Below, piece by piece: positions 21,256-35,809 of a stretch of DNA of 64,000 bases (within the stretch, counting starts at the first letter, position 1; every line of letters starts with the position of its first letter). The translations under genes were made by a program, and so were the position numbers. The notes beneath the pieces are model-generated. The model had not been told where the DNA came from, did not search any database, and saw nothing but the letters and a program-made list of their open reading frames with translations. Origin of the DNA: Narcine bancroftii (Eukaryota); the NCBI RefSeq assembly GCF_036971445.1, contig NC_091474.1, forward strand, positions 77,872,001 to 77,936,000. Reading direction: 5' to 3'.

Positions 21256-22724
21256 AATTGACCAATTGTTATTGATATATTTTACTGCATGTGGCTACTG
21301 AGTAGAAATCTGCTTTTTGGCTATACACAAGTGATGTGTGACCTTTGTTCTGTAATTGGGTGGACCAGATTGACAAACCAAATTGCCTTGAGTGTCATTT
21401 GTACAAAATCCACTTCTTCACTTAAGATCCTTACCACTGTTATTCTGACTGAGTCCAGACAATGGTATCCTCATGGAATCCAGTGATGGAATGCCAACAT
21501 CTGATCATTTGTCATTAATAATGTTGGAAATTTGCCTGCTGAATGAATCAACATCATGTTAGACATTAAGTTTCAATTTTTTTTTCCATAAATGAGTTAA
21601 TGTTAAATTCAATTCTTGTGGTTAATTTTATTTGATTTGAGTTTGGCATCAAAATTATTAATTTTTAATAGTTGAATATTTGTCATTATTTGCATATAAG
21701 GTCATTTAAAAAGATTAGAAATTCTGATTCTTAGACATGTCTCATGTCAAAATTTATATTAAAATTATGGGAATGGGGCTTTTATAGCAGTAAGGTTTAA
21801 ATGGATTGAATGAAAATGTTGTATGGGGGGCTGCATTGTATTCAACACTGATATACATGTTTATCTTCATTCTTGTAAAACAACAATTTGGTTTTAATTT
21901 CTAAATATTTTTAGAAACTTTGTAAGCTTATTGGATGGTGAATTTTAGATTTGTGCTGCTATCTGCATAATTTTTCTTGTTTTCATCTATTTCAAAATAA
22001 TTATATGATAGCCCTGGCTAAGTGCTGTTTATGGCAGGTCCCAGCTTGGGATCAGTAGCTCCTTTTCTACTGCAGAATTCCCATAGATATGACCCGTATT
22101 AGGAAGCTGACTTGCGTGTTCATACAGAACCAAAATAAAAGTCGGCTCCTTGAGTAAATATGCTCCATGACTGAGACAACCCCCCCAGAGGATTGAAGAC
22201 AGGCAAGTCTGGAACACTTAATTCACCCTTGACTTTTTTTTCCCCTACGGAGCTCGAAAGGCGGATAAAACCCGGCTTTACGGCTCTGTGTAAAATGGGC
22301 TAGTGGCTGGAGGCCTCTCGCCAGGCCACAAACTGTCAATGACTGGCTTCTGGCAACCAATAGGATTCAAGTAAATACTCTGATAAGCCAGGTCCCTGAA
22401 AGACCTCTGGCGCTGACGGCTTCATAATGCTTTGGGGATTTAGGACTGAGGGTCAAGAACATGTGATCTTAATTTGGAGCCTTGAGTTCAGATTCACTGC
22501 TGAACAACATGCTGTTTGGTTACAGGATGTGATGGAGGTGGCAGCAAGATCTGCAGCTATTTAATATTTCTGAAGGGACTTTTCTCTTTGTTTTAGAAAT
22601 GACTTTTTTTTTCCCTCTAAAAAAAATAGTTTTTGTGTTCAAAAGTAAAGAGCCACCAAGGATGTTTGTAATCTATTATCCATGATGATGTTTGAGTGGG
22701 TAGCACCCTTGCCTCTGAATACAG

Positions 22725-22935
22725 ACATTATGGTAACAGACCATTTTGGCCCATGCTGCCCAGTTACACTCAATTAACCTACAATCCTCGGTACATTTTG
22801 AGCAGTGGGAAGAAACCAGAGCCCCTGGAAGAAACCCACACAGACACTGGGAGAATGTAGAAACTCCTCACAGACAGGATTTGAATCCGGGTTCCAATCG
22901 CTGGCACAGTAACAGCGTTGCACTAACCATGCTGT
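22725..22935 (-). mobile_element. tRNA-derived V-SINE-like element
   Basis: Minus-strand head tggttagtgcaacgctgttac...ggattcaaatcc (A/B-box-like) and shared core. Confidence 0.7.
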
Positions 22936-24017
22936 TATTGATAGTTTAATTTCAGTCATTGCAATCTGAGCAAAAATTTAAACTGATTCATTAATTGAGT
23001 TCCAAGGATGCGATGCTCTGTCAATTGTCTTATGAATAAGATAGTAAAAGAAGGCCACATCCATGAAGATTCCATGTAACTGCATTAAAGCAGAAGTGGA
23101 GGTTTATTCCCTCAATTACATATCACTGAACCGTTATCTGGACTTGGTTACGTGCTTTGTTTCTTAAACACTACAGATTAATTGCTATGTTTCTTATTTG
23201 GGAATATTGACTGCATTTTCTTTTGTAAAGTGCTGTGGTGGAGAAGGACACTTCATTCATTCAAGAAATTTTCACATCATATTTCAAATTAAATTGAATG
23301 AACATTTTTTTAAAAACATTTCAGTCTTGGACTAAAAACTAATGCAGAAAATGCTTTGAAAATATTATGGATCCCTGTGCTCCAAAGCTGGCTATACTTT
23401 TAGGATATCTACTTTGGAAGTATTAGTTAAGTTTAATTAATGAATTATGAATCTGAAGCATATGTTTAATGTGTAATTTAGGCTGGCATTTTGTTGCACT
23501 GTTCGGGGGAAAAAAACATACTGAAGTACAGTATTTTCATTGAAATGGTGAAGTAAGATCCTCTGCATGTTTTAATTGGATTAACTGGTCATTAATTTCA
23601 TTGTGGAATTTTGGTCATGTTGAATGGCTGCCTCATTTGTCCACAGATAATAACACTAAATTATCTCATTATTGAAGTATTGTGAAAGATTTCTCTTGGA
23701 TAAGGTAAATGAAAGTATGATTACAATAGCAGAGTGCTTTTTTTGATCTCTTTGCAGCTGTCAAGGTTAAGTGTAGCTAGGGTAGAGTTTGTCAGTGTTC
23801 CAGAGGGTACCTAGCTTTGTGGAATTAAATCCAACCAATGAATCAACTACTTTAGGAGGAAAAGAGGACTAAAAGTGAAAAGAGAATCCATAGTGAAGTA
23901 TACACAAAAATGAGGGAGAAATTTAATAAGTCATGCAGCATTCTTTATGTAGCAGAGATGCTGAAATAGTTTGCAATCAGATAGACAAGAAACAAAACTG
24001 CTGGATGCATTTCCTAT

Positions 24018-24536
24018 CAAGTAGAAGTCCAGAAATCTGGTCTACCTGAGAATCCGGACTTTTCAAAACCCTCAAACTTGTTAAATTTCACAAGCATTTG
24101 CATGCATACATGTGTAAGGGCCACAGATGCCCAGCAACAACAAGCGACCGTATTTAATACAGGTAATCTTATCACATTCATTTGTATACTGCATTTTTCT
24201 TTTACAATGTTCATTTTTAAACATAATTTCAAGCATTACCACTTCAGTTGTGGAAACAATTGTTTGTTTACAATGCTCGTTTTTATAAATGAAGCATGCT
24301 GTATGTGTTAATGAATAAACTATCATTCTAAACTAGGACTGGAGAACGCTGCTTTATCGGGGTTCACTCATGCAATCATGACAATAAATATGACTTGACT
24401 ATCAAACTTTACTTGTTCATCTCTTCTTTATTCTTCCTGAAATTTGAATTTTAAAAGTACTGCCCAAGAATTTGGAAAATTTGAAAATCTGGACCGAATC
24501 AATCCCTGAGCAGTCCTGATTTTAGGACTTTTACTG
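24018..24536. mobile_element. Tigger-like MITE
   Basis: Imperfect TIRs agtagaagtccagaaatc / gattttaggacttttactg followed by TA. Confidence 0.6.
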
Positions 24537-26628
24537 TAATTCTTTTCCAAATTGAGATCTAGGACTTGATATTGTCTAGATTGCATGGGAAAAGATTTTA
24601 TTCAGCCAGTATCTTTTTATAAGTGTCTATTTATGAAAAAAAATGTACATGCAGAACTGAAACCAACAGGCTTGTACTGTTGGAAATTTTTGTTCTGTTG
24701 TAACTTGCAATGCTTTGTGGAATTTGGAATTAGAATTGAAGCTGAGTAATTTGTGTATCCAAGATCTCTCATTGTTTATAATGGAATCCCTAAGGGGCAA
24801 GAAATCTGCCTATTTTAATCCAGTGCACTGTATAGTGAAGCTAGTATATAATTCATGGATTTGGAAAAGGTCGATGTAAATGTATTGCAGTTATTAATAC
24901 AAATAGATTGCAACAGCATGTATCAATTTTATAAATGACTGGACTACAATCTTGACATTTGTGAAGGTGAAAGAATGGAGTATATTTGCTTCTGAATGTC
25001 GGTGGTGTAAAAGAAAAATCATTGAGGATTTTGAACATAGATTAGTTGACTATAATAAAATACTGGTTAGACCATGATAGATTAAATGCTATATGATTTT
25101 AATTTTAAATGACTAATTGACCTCATCTACTGATTTACAATATTTTCTTCAAAACTTCATCATTTCATTTCTTGAAAACTGTAAGATTGTGCAACCAAAG
25201 CTCAATATTCCAGTCTGCTCTCTACTGTGCTTGAGTGTTGATTTCCAAATGTGAAGAACAATAATGGGCGAATATGCTCTTCGATTATATAGGACTGTGT
25301 GGTTTGCTTGAGTCAGGTCACAGAGTGTCCACGGCTTTTGTGGTACAAATGACTTTCTGTTTGTTTGAAGGGTTGCAAAGATTTATTTTTTCTCCCATTA
25401 TGAGTACATTTTTTGACATGGGTGCAAGCTGGTAGAAATCTGCCTTTCTTCCCCTGATCTGCTCACAGGAATAATCCAGTTCAACCACTCTCCAGATCCT
25501 GCTCCAAAATGTGAAGCTAACAAATTACCTACAGGCTTCTCAAATTGATTCATTATAACATTAAAAACTTGAGTACCTTCAATGAAGTACTTCAATTTGT
25601 GATGAACTTTCATCTCCCTTCATTGCTAATTTTAAATATCAATTGAAATAACCACTGAGATGCAAGTCTGTTTTCAAAATATAGTGAGCTCGTGTTAAAA
25701 TTCATAGGGCATTTACAGATTAACATATCTCAAGCTGCTTTGAGTTTGTAGTGAATTTTTCAAATCCTTGAGAACCCTAATTTTTGGGAAGTAACTTGGG
25801 CCATAAATGACCAATTGTGACATTTTTCCCCCTTTACAGTTTGAGAAATGTACATTTGGCAGAGAATACACAATTTGTGCAAAGAACTTGCCAAATAATA
25901 TTTTTAGTTGTAAGTGGAGAATGTGTTTGTCTCACTTGGAGATCTGAGGGGTAAGTTTTTCACACAGAGGATAGCTGCCGGAGGAGATGGCTGAAAAATA
26001 TACAGTTACAATATTTAAAAGGTATTTGGACAGGTACTTGAATAGGAAACTCACTTAATGCAGGCAAATATGATTAGTAGAGGTAGGCATCATGGTCAAT
26101 GAGGTGGGCCAAGAGGACTAATGCCTGAGCAGTATATTTCTATATTCATTGGTTCTATTATTTTTGTTAAAACTGTAAAAAGTTTTAGAATTGAAATTTA
26201 ATATGCCTTTTCATGAGCATTTGTATGCTGTCATTGTATATGCATTCATATTGTATATACAATATGCACATTGTATATGTACAGTGTACATTTCCTTCTG
26301 ATAGTTTCTCTGCATGTATTAATGATTTTAGATAACCTTTTTAATATGATCAAAATGCTCAGAGCTGTTTCTGGATCATGGATTGACATGGAACTCATAT
26401 TTTAATCATTTTATCCATTGGAATAATATGTTGCATGAGCTTAGGAAAATTGAAGCTTGTTTATTAAAATATTTTGTAAAGATTTAAGAATCTTTAAGAA
26501 AAAAAGAGGTTGTGGTTTTCAATGGAAGAGGTAAGTTGTGAATTTAAAAGTTTACTGATGATGGTACTCATTTGTCCAGCACTGAAAAGCTGAAGTAGCT
26601 TTTTTTTTTGTTGGAATGAATTGAACTA

Positions 26629-27138
26629 CTGTATATTTTGGCGAAAAAATTAATTTGTAAATCCCTCAAAAAATTGGGGTTGACTTGTATGCCAGATATA
26701 CTTTTGAGACCTTTAATTCACTGAATAAATCAGATCGATGTTGATGCTCACCGCCCCACCGCCAGCGCTGCCACTCCCCGACACCTCCCCACTGCTGGGC
26801 GCCGCCATAACTGCTCCTACCTGGGACCCTAATATTGCCGTCATCACTTCTGCCTGGTCGGCTGAGGTTTCTGCTCGCGCCAGGAGCACGATGTCGCTGC
26901 TCCAGCTCCATGAGCTGTCACTGGTCCTGAGGTTATTTTTTTTACTTGCTTAATTTACAGCTTTGTCACTTTCAATTGGGGTGTTTTAAGAAATGTTGGG
27001 TTGTTCCTGGGAGTCCTGGACAGCCCCAAAAAATGGGGGTTGACTTAGATGCCAGATATAACATAAAGCCATTAAAATAAGGCTAAAGATGTGGCTTCAA
27101 CCTATCTGCCGGAAGACTTAATATGCTGAAATATCTGG
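26629..27138. mobile_element. pogo-like non-autonomous element
   Basis: TA-flanked degenerate TIRs ctgtatattttggcg / tgctgaaatatctgg; internal repeat ggggttgactt...atgccagatata twice. Confidence 0.5.
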
Positions 27139-27600
27139 TATTTCTGGTTGACAAAAAAAGGAGAGCGAAGATCTAATCCCTTTTTCCACTGGCATCCCAG
27201 TTAATTGGCTGTGCAGTGTTTCGGTTAAAGAAGTCGTTTTTGCTGTTTCCACTGGGCCACTTTTAACCAGGATACTACCTACTTTCCCACTGAAGATGTC
27301 ACCCCCAGGATCGGAGAGTCTACCTTCGACTGGAAATGTCCTGTGTGACGAAACACACAATAGCAGAAAATGACATCATAATTCTTCAGAACAATGGCAG
27401 ACACCCAACAGGTCACTTTAGATGCCCTGAAATTGTGTGACTCTGTCTTCATATAGTTAGGTCTTATCAGTCTCCTTATCTGCAAATCGATGCAAACAAT
27501 GGGGGAAGCCTAATTAAGCCTGTGTATGAGGTCTTGGGTGGAAGAATCCGTCGAAATATTGCAGATAACCTGGGAGGGATTTGAGGAGGAGAGTTGAGCA

Positions 27601-28930
27601 GTGGTGAGAAGCCACCAGAGAAAATGCCTGGTTATAATGCAGTATTTTGAAAAGGTGCATAGTAGCAGAAGAATGTGGAAGAGGGAGAGACTTCAAGGAC
27701 TCGTGTTCTGGAACGCAGTCATGGATCAATATGATGATAAGCAGTGGCGTGAGAATCTTAGAATGTGTCTTGGAACCTTTGATTTCATTGCAGGAATCCT
27801 TGAGCCACAGCTGAAGCATAAGATCACCAACTAGGGGAAGGAAGCCTCTGGATCCTCTGCTCAGATTTGCAATAGCTTTGTGGTGGTATGCCACCCCTTG
27901 TGAGTATCATTCCATCAGTCTTCTGTTTGGTGTGGGTGGAGCCACTCTATTTAAGGTGGTGAGGCAAGTGAGAATTGCAGTGAAATGCTCCTCACGAAAG
28001 GTTTCATTGAGCTGCCGAATGGAGAGCTGCTTCAGGAGATGATTGCTGCATTTGAAAGAAGGGGTGAATTGTGCAATGGGTGCAGATGCCATCGGTGGCA
28101 CACACACATTTCCCATTATCACCCCACATGAAGATCCATCTTCCTACTACAATCACAAAGGTTGGCACTCAACTATTCTGCAAGCTGTTGTCAACCACAA
28201 CTGCTGGTAAGGATGATGTGGCTATTAATGTCGATTGTGTCACTTAATAATTCAGGCCTTGTGTCACTCCATACATGGTCCTTTTGTGTTTCCTGCTTCA
28301 CAGAGGTGTATGGGGAGGCATGGTCGCATCCATGATGCTCGAGTTCTTATCAACTCTCCCATTTACTGAATGGCTGAGGATGCAGACGGCTATCTAGGTA
28401 AATATAACTTTGTAAGGTGAAGCTTGTAACATGCACATATAATCATCTCGAGTGTCATGTAAAGGCCTCAAGTTCTTTTTTGTGTGCCTTGTACTTATGA
28501 GCATCCCGTGACTTCTCATTGCTCTGCTCACAGGTTTCCAAAAATGTTGATGGATTGGAAGTCCCTGCACATTTGATCGTGGACCCATCCTACCTCTTCA
28601 GAAAATGGCTGATGAAGGGGTTCACGCAGTATCATATCATCAATTGGCATAATCGCAAATTAAACTATGCACTGAGCTCTGCACGAATAGTTGTGGAAAA
28701 TGCATTTGGATGTCTCAAAGGCTGCTGGAGATGCCTGCCTAAAAGAATGGACATTAATACTGCCTTCATGCCAGAGGTTGTTGTTGCTTGCTGTCTTGCA
28801 TAACATTTGAGATTAACAAAGAACGCTTCCTGGGAGAGTGGAGGACTGTTGAAGCGGATCTCCCTCTGCCAAAAAGGGTTCCCTACAAGGGTCCAACAAG
28901 CTGGAATCACCAGGCCATACGTGAGGCTAT
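27601..28930 (+). pseudogene. Harbinger transposase (HARBI1-like), two probable introns
   Basis: WRENLRM, AIGGTH (consensus AIDGTH), YYNHKGWHSTILQAVV, HDARV, WLMKGF, ARIVVENAFG; in-frame stops; donors gtaagg 28207 and gtaaat 28398. Confidence 0.8.
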
Positions 28931-29375
28931 TATGTCCGTCTTGTGCTGATGTGAAGAAGACAGCTGAGGCATGTCATGTAAATGTCACTAAGATTTATTG
29001 TGCATCTTAGAACGTAATGCAACATCAACTTCTTAAAGTGTAAGAATATAGTTCTGAACGATCATAGGAAAGTCATGTATAACATTTGTAAACATCGACT
29101 TAAAATCTAATTAAAAGCAGTGCATTTCTGAAATCAACATTTAACATAACAGTCAGGTAAACAGTGTTTGCATCTTGCAATTCCTTAAGGTCTTCACGAA
29201 CATTTATCTCATAAACATTATCGCAAAATAGCGCAACTGTAAATTCTAAAAGTTTGTAATCCACATTTGAAATCACATTTGTAACTCAACAATAAATAAA
29301 TGTAACGTATTGCACTGCTCATCTATGATTACAACTATGAACAATTGGAAGCATTCCGACTTTGGAGAGAAACAT

Positions 29376-30650
29376 CTAATTTTCTGTGGGATCATGTGCA
29401 CTTGCTTGCTTGGCATTCTCATCACTCTTCCTCCAGAAACTGGATGTAAGAGGAGTGGAAAGGGTAAATGAGGGAGTCATCTGTAGAAACTTCATCACCA
29501 CACTGTGACAGGCATACCATTCTTGAGGGGGGTTATGGTAGTGGGCATGTAGGTGGGGTTCACAGGTGCAGGAAGATGGCAGTGGGAAGAGGAAGGAATT
29601 TGGAAGGGCCAGGCAGTGGAAGGTGGTAGGATGGAGGAGAATTGTATGGGAATGACTGCTGGTGGTGAGATGATGGAGGGCTATTGAATGGGGCATGTGG
29701 CTGCAGGGTAGAGGCAGCTGGTTGGAGGGAGGATGCAGTAGGCTGGCTAATGGTGGTCGGAGACTGGATGGTGGAGGGCCAAGGCTGGACACAGTGAATC
29801 ACATTGATCGATGCTGCCAGGTTCCTTATCACTCCCATCTGGGCCTGCATCTCCTGCTGAATCTCAGTGATCAGGTGCTATAATCCTTTGTTATTTGCCT
29901 GGCGCTTCTGCTCGTCAGTGTTACGTTCCAGACTCTCCTGCAGGTATGCCTCCACCAGCCCCTGCATCATCTCTGACTGCCTCTTCCTATGCTCCTGTAC
30001 TCATTCCTGGTCCATCAGATCTAGTTCACATAGGAACCCTTGGAGTTCGGTTGTTGCCTTCTGCCTTCTTGTGGGCTTCCTGCACTACTTCCTCCCTTCA
30101 GTTCCTGGATGACAAGTGTAACACATGAGATTTACATGCCATGTCAAGACCATGAACTCATAAGCAAATAATTGACAATGAACAGATGAAATATGATTCT
30201 TACCAATCTCTGGTGCAGCAGCAGAGAAGGTCCCTCTTTTCTGGGCATTTTCAGTCTGCTGGGAGAAGGTTCAGTATGGGTTGGAGGAGGAGGGGGTGGA
30301 AAGAGAAGACCACTGGGGGGAGTTGAGGCAGGTGAGGTACAAGGGGCATCTGGTCCTCAAATCCCTCTGGTCTGTCTTCCTCCTCCAGTTGCAAACTGAT
30401 CAGGAGATGATGCAGCAGCCCTCTCACTAGGCTGCATGTTGGCTACGAGGGAGAGGGACTCAGCTTGCTTGCTGGTACCCCAGATATGATATGCATGCTT
30501 GAAATAAGACCAGTCTAAATGGCCCTTCCCACTCCTCCTGTCGTGGACCATCACCTGATGAAACCTCTGAAGTGTCTTGACCTGGGACCTATTTAACCCT
30601 ATCCTAAAACTAATAGTGCCCATCAAATCATTCCCTACAGCCTTCTCCAA
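29376..30650 (-). pseudogene. Harbinger Myb/SANT-like DNA-binding gene remnant
   Basis: QVKTLQRFHQVMVHDRRSGKGHLDWSYF resembles the end of trihelix Myb/SANT domains; followed by coiled-coil-like and P/S/Q-rich segments with stops. Confidence 0.6.
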
Positions 30651-31919
30651 GCTCAGCGAGAGTAGCTTTTGTATTTCCCTATCCCTTCTGTTTGCAGGCA
30701 GAATTTATTTTGTTATTCTGTATCTGATCTTTTAATACTGTACACTAAATTTTATAATACTCGCTTTTTAAAATGCACACTTGATTTATAAACTACAATC
30801 ATTTGGATTGCACTTCTAATTGAGGAGAGGAAGAGTATCAATCAGCACGTGGTAGAACGTGGTCACGTGAAAAATGTGGTAATTTCTGTACCAATATACA
30901 AGTTATCCTTTTTCCACTGGTTTAATCGACATGCATGCATCAGCTGAGTAGGGGTCGAGGCTGTCAATCCCTGGTATGATTTGATGTTATTTAATACTGA
31001 CCCTTCAATTCCTGGGTGGGACAAGGTGCCAGTGGAAAAAGGGCTAGATCTCGGCAGATGCCAGAGGATGAGAACCAAGAGCACAAAGGTTACTAGTGCT
31101 TTCATACAAGTGTCTGCATATGGATAATGATTCTTTATTTGTAAAAAAATAATATACCTGGTATTTTTGTATTGTACTTGAAGAAATCCTGACAGTTTTG
31201 TGTTCTCTGTTCTACATGCAAGATATTGGGGATATCCTGTCAGTTTACTGAATGGGAGATGGGATCTTTTACATTGACATAAAAACACACTTGGATGACG
31301 AGATAAATGGGTCACCTGAATGACAGCAACTCTGGTGGTCACTTGTTAGCCTCAAATGTTACTTTTGATTATACTGAATGTCCAGTGGCAGCTAAACTTG
31401 TAACCTACATGTTCAGGCATGAATGATGTTAAAGACTGGCAGCAGTTCTAATTATCTTCAAATGAAGAAGAGTTTTACATTCCCAAGGCTGCTGAACTAC
31501 GGTTGGCATTTGTGAATTTGAAGTCAACGTGTGAGTTTATCAGTGAAATAATAACTGCAGTACCTTCTGGCAAATGTGCTAATATGCATCTTTTGTCATT
31601 GTAATCTTCAGAAATAAGACTCGAATGATTCCTAGAATAAACCTTGAAAATTTTGCACTTTGCAAGCAGTAAGAGGTTTTCATGGTATGCTAAACCAGGC
31701 CCAGTGTTTTCCAACTGAAGACCAAATAAATCAGGTTCTTTTAGAGAAGACTATGTTAAGAGGTTTAATAATTTTTGTAAGTTTCAATTTCAACTTCTAC
31801 ATTAAATTGGTCTTCCACTCTTCATTCTACACAATATAAAATCTTTTTTAGCCAATTTAATTGTACTTCTTGTTTTTGTTTTGGAGAACTCTTCCTTTTG
31901 CCTGCCTACTTGGCCACTT

Positions 31920-32790
31920 CACTTTTTTTTTGCACTATTTTATTTAAATATTTTAAGGAAAAAAAACCCCCACAGTACATTCAATTAATAAAAGATTATA
32001 CAAAAAAAGCATACATGTGGTATATCCACTCTCCCTCCGGACCATCCCCCAACACCCCAAAGAAAGAAAAGAGATTATCAATGAAAATATAAATTCTTAT
32101 TTTCTGCCGTGGAGCCAAGTACCATCCAGGGCGAGTCATGAGAGTCTAGATTTTTAAGCCTATTTGTAAATATGGGCTCCATATTTTCAAAAAGAAATGA
32201 TACTCATCACGTAAATTATGTTATTGTTTTTCAAGAGAGGTACAAGACCTCATTTCAATATGCTATCTTTGTATCCCAAAATCTGTATCAGATTTCCCAT
32301 GTAATGGCTACGCATTTCCTTGCATCAGCCAACACCAGTCATAAAAATTCAATTTGATACATAGTTAACCTTAATTTTAAACTATACATTTTAATGTTTC
32401 CTAATAAAAATATCATTGGATCTAATGAAAATTTAACCTTTAACACTTTTTCTAAAAATAATGTAATTTGTATCCAAAAAGACCTAACTTTAATACACTG
32501 CCAAGTTGAAAAAAAGAACCTATTTCTTGATGACATCTAAAAAATAAATATGAAGAAATAAAATTTAATCTTTGAGGTGCTAAATATAACTGATGTAGAA
32601 AGTTATATTGTACCAATCTATATCTTGGCCTCTTCACTAATGAATATTGCAAATTTCTTTGTAACTGATGGTGAGAAAGATGAAAAATCCACATTATTGC
32701 AAATACCATCTTGTAGTTGCAATGTAATTTCCAACCCCCCCCACCCCAAATTATGACAGTTTGTGTCAAATAATTCACAAATCACAGCCA
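31920..32790 (-). mobile_element. L1-clade LINE 3' fragment
   Basis: RYRLVQYNFLHQLYLAPQRL; poly(A) remnant at ~31923. Confidence 0.7.
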
Positions 32791-33679
32791 AAAAATTTGA
32801 GATACAGAATAAAAATTCATTCAGACAGAATTTGTGAAGCAAAATTAAATGCAAAATATTATCAACGGCAAAGATCACTTAAGGAATTTGCTTCGGAAAT
32901 TGATGAGTCAGTCTTTTCAATTGATGTTCTTATAATGAAACTTTATCAAACCTTTTTACTCAATCAGTACAACTCTTTCTCCCCTGCCAATATAATCAGA
33001 ATGCTCTTGCCTTTAGACCACAAATCCATAGGGGCATTATTGCTGAGAGTAAACTTTTGATTGGAGCACATGCTCACTGGTAACATAGGATTCAATGGTA
33101 CTAAAAGCTTCTTATTGCAGAGAATCAAAATAAGGATGGTTTTATAAGATAGTTAACACCTCTGCCTGCCATAGTCTGAGGTTTGAAGCGGCCCTCATCT
33201 TTCGAGGTTACGTGGTTTTGCATTACGGTGTAGTACTGTGGGCCGAATAATCCTGTGCAGCTAAGAGCAATGCTGTGAAACTAATTCCAATATTCTTGCA
33301 CATTATGTATTGTCTGTAGCTAAATTTCATGATGAAACTTGATGCCAAATTATCCATTGAAGTGTATTGAATAGATTTGATTATAGAATTGAAGCTAAGG
33401 TAATCCACAACACACTATTTATTGTCTTGTGCACACAAGACTCTGTCGATCTCCTTCAAATTTCATTGATCCTGATTCTGAATTGATATTGATTCTGAAT
33501 AGCAATATAGTTGATAAACTATTTATCAGTAAGCTACATTACTATTCAGAACCATTATTTTTCATGTTCAAAGGAAATATTGATGGAATTTAAAAAGAAA
33601 TAATTGATTATTAATTTTTACATGTGACAGTAGAAACTGAAGTAAAAATCTGGACCCACTTTATCTATTGTTAGAATCG

Positions 33680-34812
33680 CTCCTTGGTAGATGCAATATC
33701 GCTGGCTCGTCACTCAGCTCTGGATCATCTTGAAAACAGCAATTCGTACATACAGCTGCCCTTCATAAACCATTCTTCCCTCAGTGCTAGTCAAGAAGCT
33801 ACAAACTCCAGACCTCTGTACCCCCTTCTGCAAGTGGATCCTTGACTTTCTAATCGGAAGAAACCAGTCAGTAAGAATTGGAAACAATGTCTCCTCACTG
33901 ATCATCAACACAGGCGCATCCCAAGGATGTGTGCTCTACTCGTTACACACCCACGTATGGTGGCCAGGCATAATTCTAATGCCATCTACGTTTGTCTGTG
34001 ACACCATAAGATTCACAAACGGCAAAGAGTAAGTGTACTGGGCAGTGATAGATCAGCTCGTTTCATGGTGTAATGACAACAACTTTGCGTCCAGCGTCCG
34101 AAAAACCAAGGAGATAATTGTGGACTTCAGGAGGAAGCCAGGGGAATATAACCCATTCTTCATCAAGGACTCAGTAGTGGAGAGGGTCAAGAACTTCAAA
34201 TCCTTGGGTGTCAACATCTCCGAGGATCTGTCGTGGAGCCTCCACATTGATGCAATCTCAAAGAAGGCTGGCCAGCGGCTATACTTTGTGAGTTATCTGA
34301 GGAGGTTCATTATGTCACTGAAGACTCAAACCTCTGCAGGTGTACTGTGGAGAGGAATCTGGCTGGTTGCATCACTGCCTGGTATGGAGGCACCAACTCT
34401 CAGGACAAGAATAAATTTCAAATGGTTGTTGACTTGACCTGTGACATTACAAGCGTCAGACTTCACTCCACTGAGGTCATCTACATGAGGCGGTGCCTTA
34501 AAAAAGCAGCTTCTATCCTCAAAGACCTCCAGCAACCAGGCCATGGCCCCTTCACTCTATCATTGGGAAAAAGGTGCAGGAGCCTAAAGACGAGCACCCA
34601 GTGGCACAAGGACAGCTTCTTCCCCACTGCCATCAGATTCCTGAATGATCAATGAACCAAAGACGCTGCCTCACTCTTTGTGCACGATTATTGTTATTTA
34701 TTATTTTTTGTAGTAATGTTGTAAGGTGGTTATAGTATGAACGTTTGCCCTGTGACGCTGCTGCCAAATTCTGAATTTCAGGACTTGTTCATGACAATAA
34801 ATCTTGATTTTG
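33680..34812 (+). mobile_element. Rex1/Babar-like LINE, 5'-truncated (subfamily B)
   Basis: WILDFL, NTGASQGCVL, KTKEIIVDFRR, QRLYF, DSFFPTAIRFLN; frameshifted. Confidence 0.85.
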
Positions 34813-35184
34813 AAATGACTTCCGTGCCATTGATGCCTGCTAAATTATAAATTTTCCATCAAATGTTCAGACCTTTTCTATTAATCTGAACATGTTTATA
34901 TGTTACTAGTACCTTCAGATTTTGGGGCCACTTTCCTGAGAAACAAATGATATAAATGTTCTTCAATTCTTTTAGTTGTCCTTCCTTGCCTGTTATCTTT
35001 TAACAATTCATTTAGTGTGTGAATTGAGCAGATGAGTTTATCCCTATTCAAAACCCATGATCAAAAATGGTTTGACCTCTGATTTACAAAATGTCATGTG
35101 CAAATTTCCTACTGTTCTACTTGGTTGCACAAACCGTTTTTTAGCTCAGGAATAAATGGTAATTTTTATAGACTCCTGGTTCAC

Positions 35185-35805
35185 TTTTTCTCTTTCAATA
35201 TTTTATTTTAACATTGAAATTTAATATCCAAAAATACAGAGTACATATGGATATATCTTAAAATTCAAGAGATACATTAGACTTAATTCATATCATTTCA
35301 TCCAAGGTACTCCCCATTTTAATCAAACATATATATATATATAAGAGAAAAATGTAAACCCACAACCAAGAAAGAAGCTGTTTGGCCAAAAAAAGAAAGA
35401 CTGAATTCTTATCAGAATGATAAATTACGTCATTAGTCAACATTTCCACCTTTCAAGAAATCAAAGATTATAAAAGTAATTCAGAAAGGTTCCCCACAGT
35501 GTTTGAAAATTTACATTCAAATCGGGAATTGAGCATCTAATCTTCTCTAAATTTAAACATGTCACTTAGCCATTGAGCAGGGTTAGGTGGGGTAACATCC
35601 CTCCATCTGAGCAACTCTACCCATCGAGCCATAAGGGAAATAAAAAGCTAATACATGCACAGATATCGTTAATGTTATGTCACTCTCTCCAACGATACTA
35701 AATTAATCAGTTAAGGGATTTGGTTTAAAATTAACTTTAAAAAAGTGCAGAGAAAGTTTGAAATGCTTTGATCCAATATTTCTCAAGAGTCTGTCATGTC
35801 AAATG
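35185..35805 (-). mobile_element. L1-clade LINE 3' fragment
   Basis: A-rich tail on minus strand and decayed ORF2 C-terminal sequence. Confidence 0.5.
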
Positions 35806-35809
35806 GAAT

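Larger units (their letters stand above)
27177..31044. mobile_element. PIF/Harbinger DNA transposon, near full length, inactivated
   Basis: 17-bp perfect inverted match CCCTTTTTCCACTGGCA at both ends; TAA/TAG flanks; convergent transposase and Myb/SANT-like genes. Confidence 0.85.

Noticed and set aside
27601-28930. Host HARBI1 gene
   Set aside because: In-frame stops, mutated first catalytic Asp, and enclosing TIRs mark it as a dead transposon
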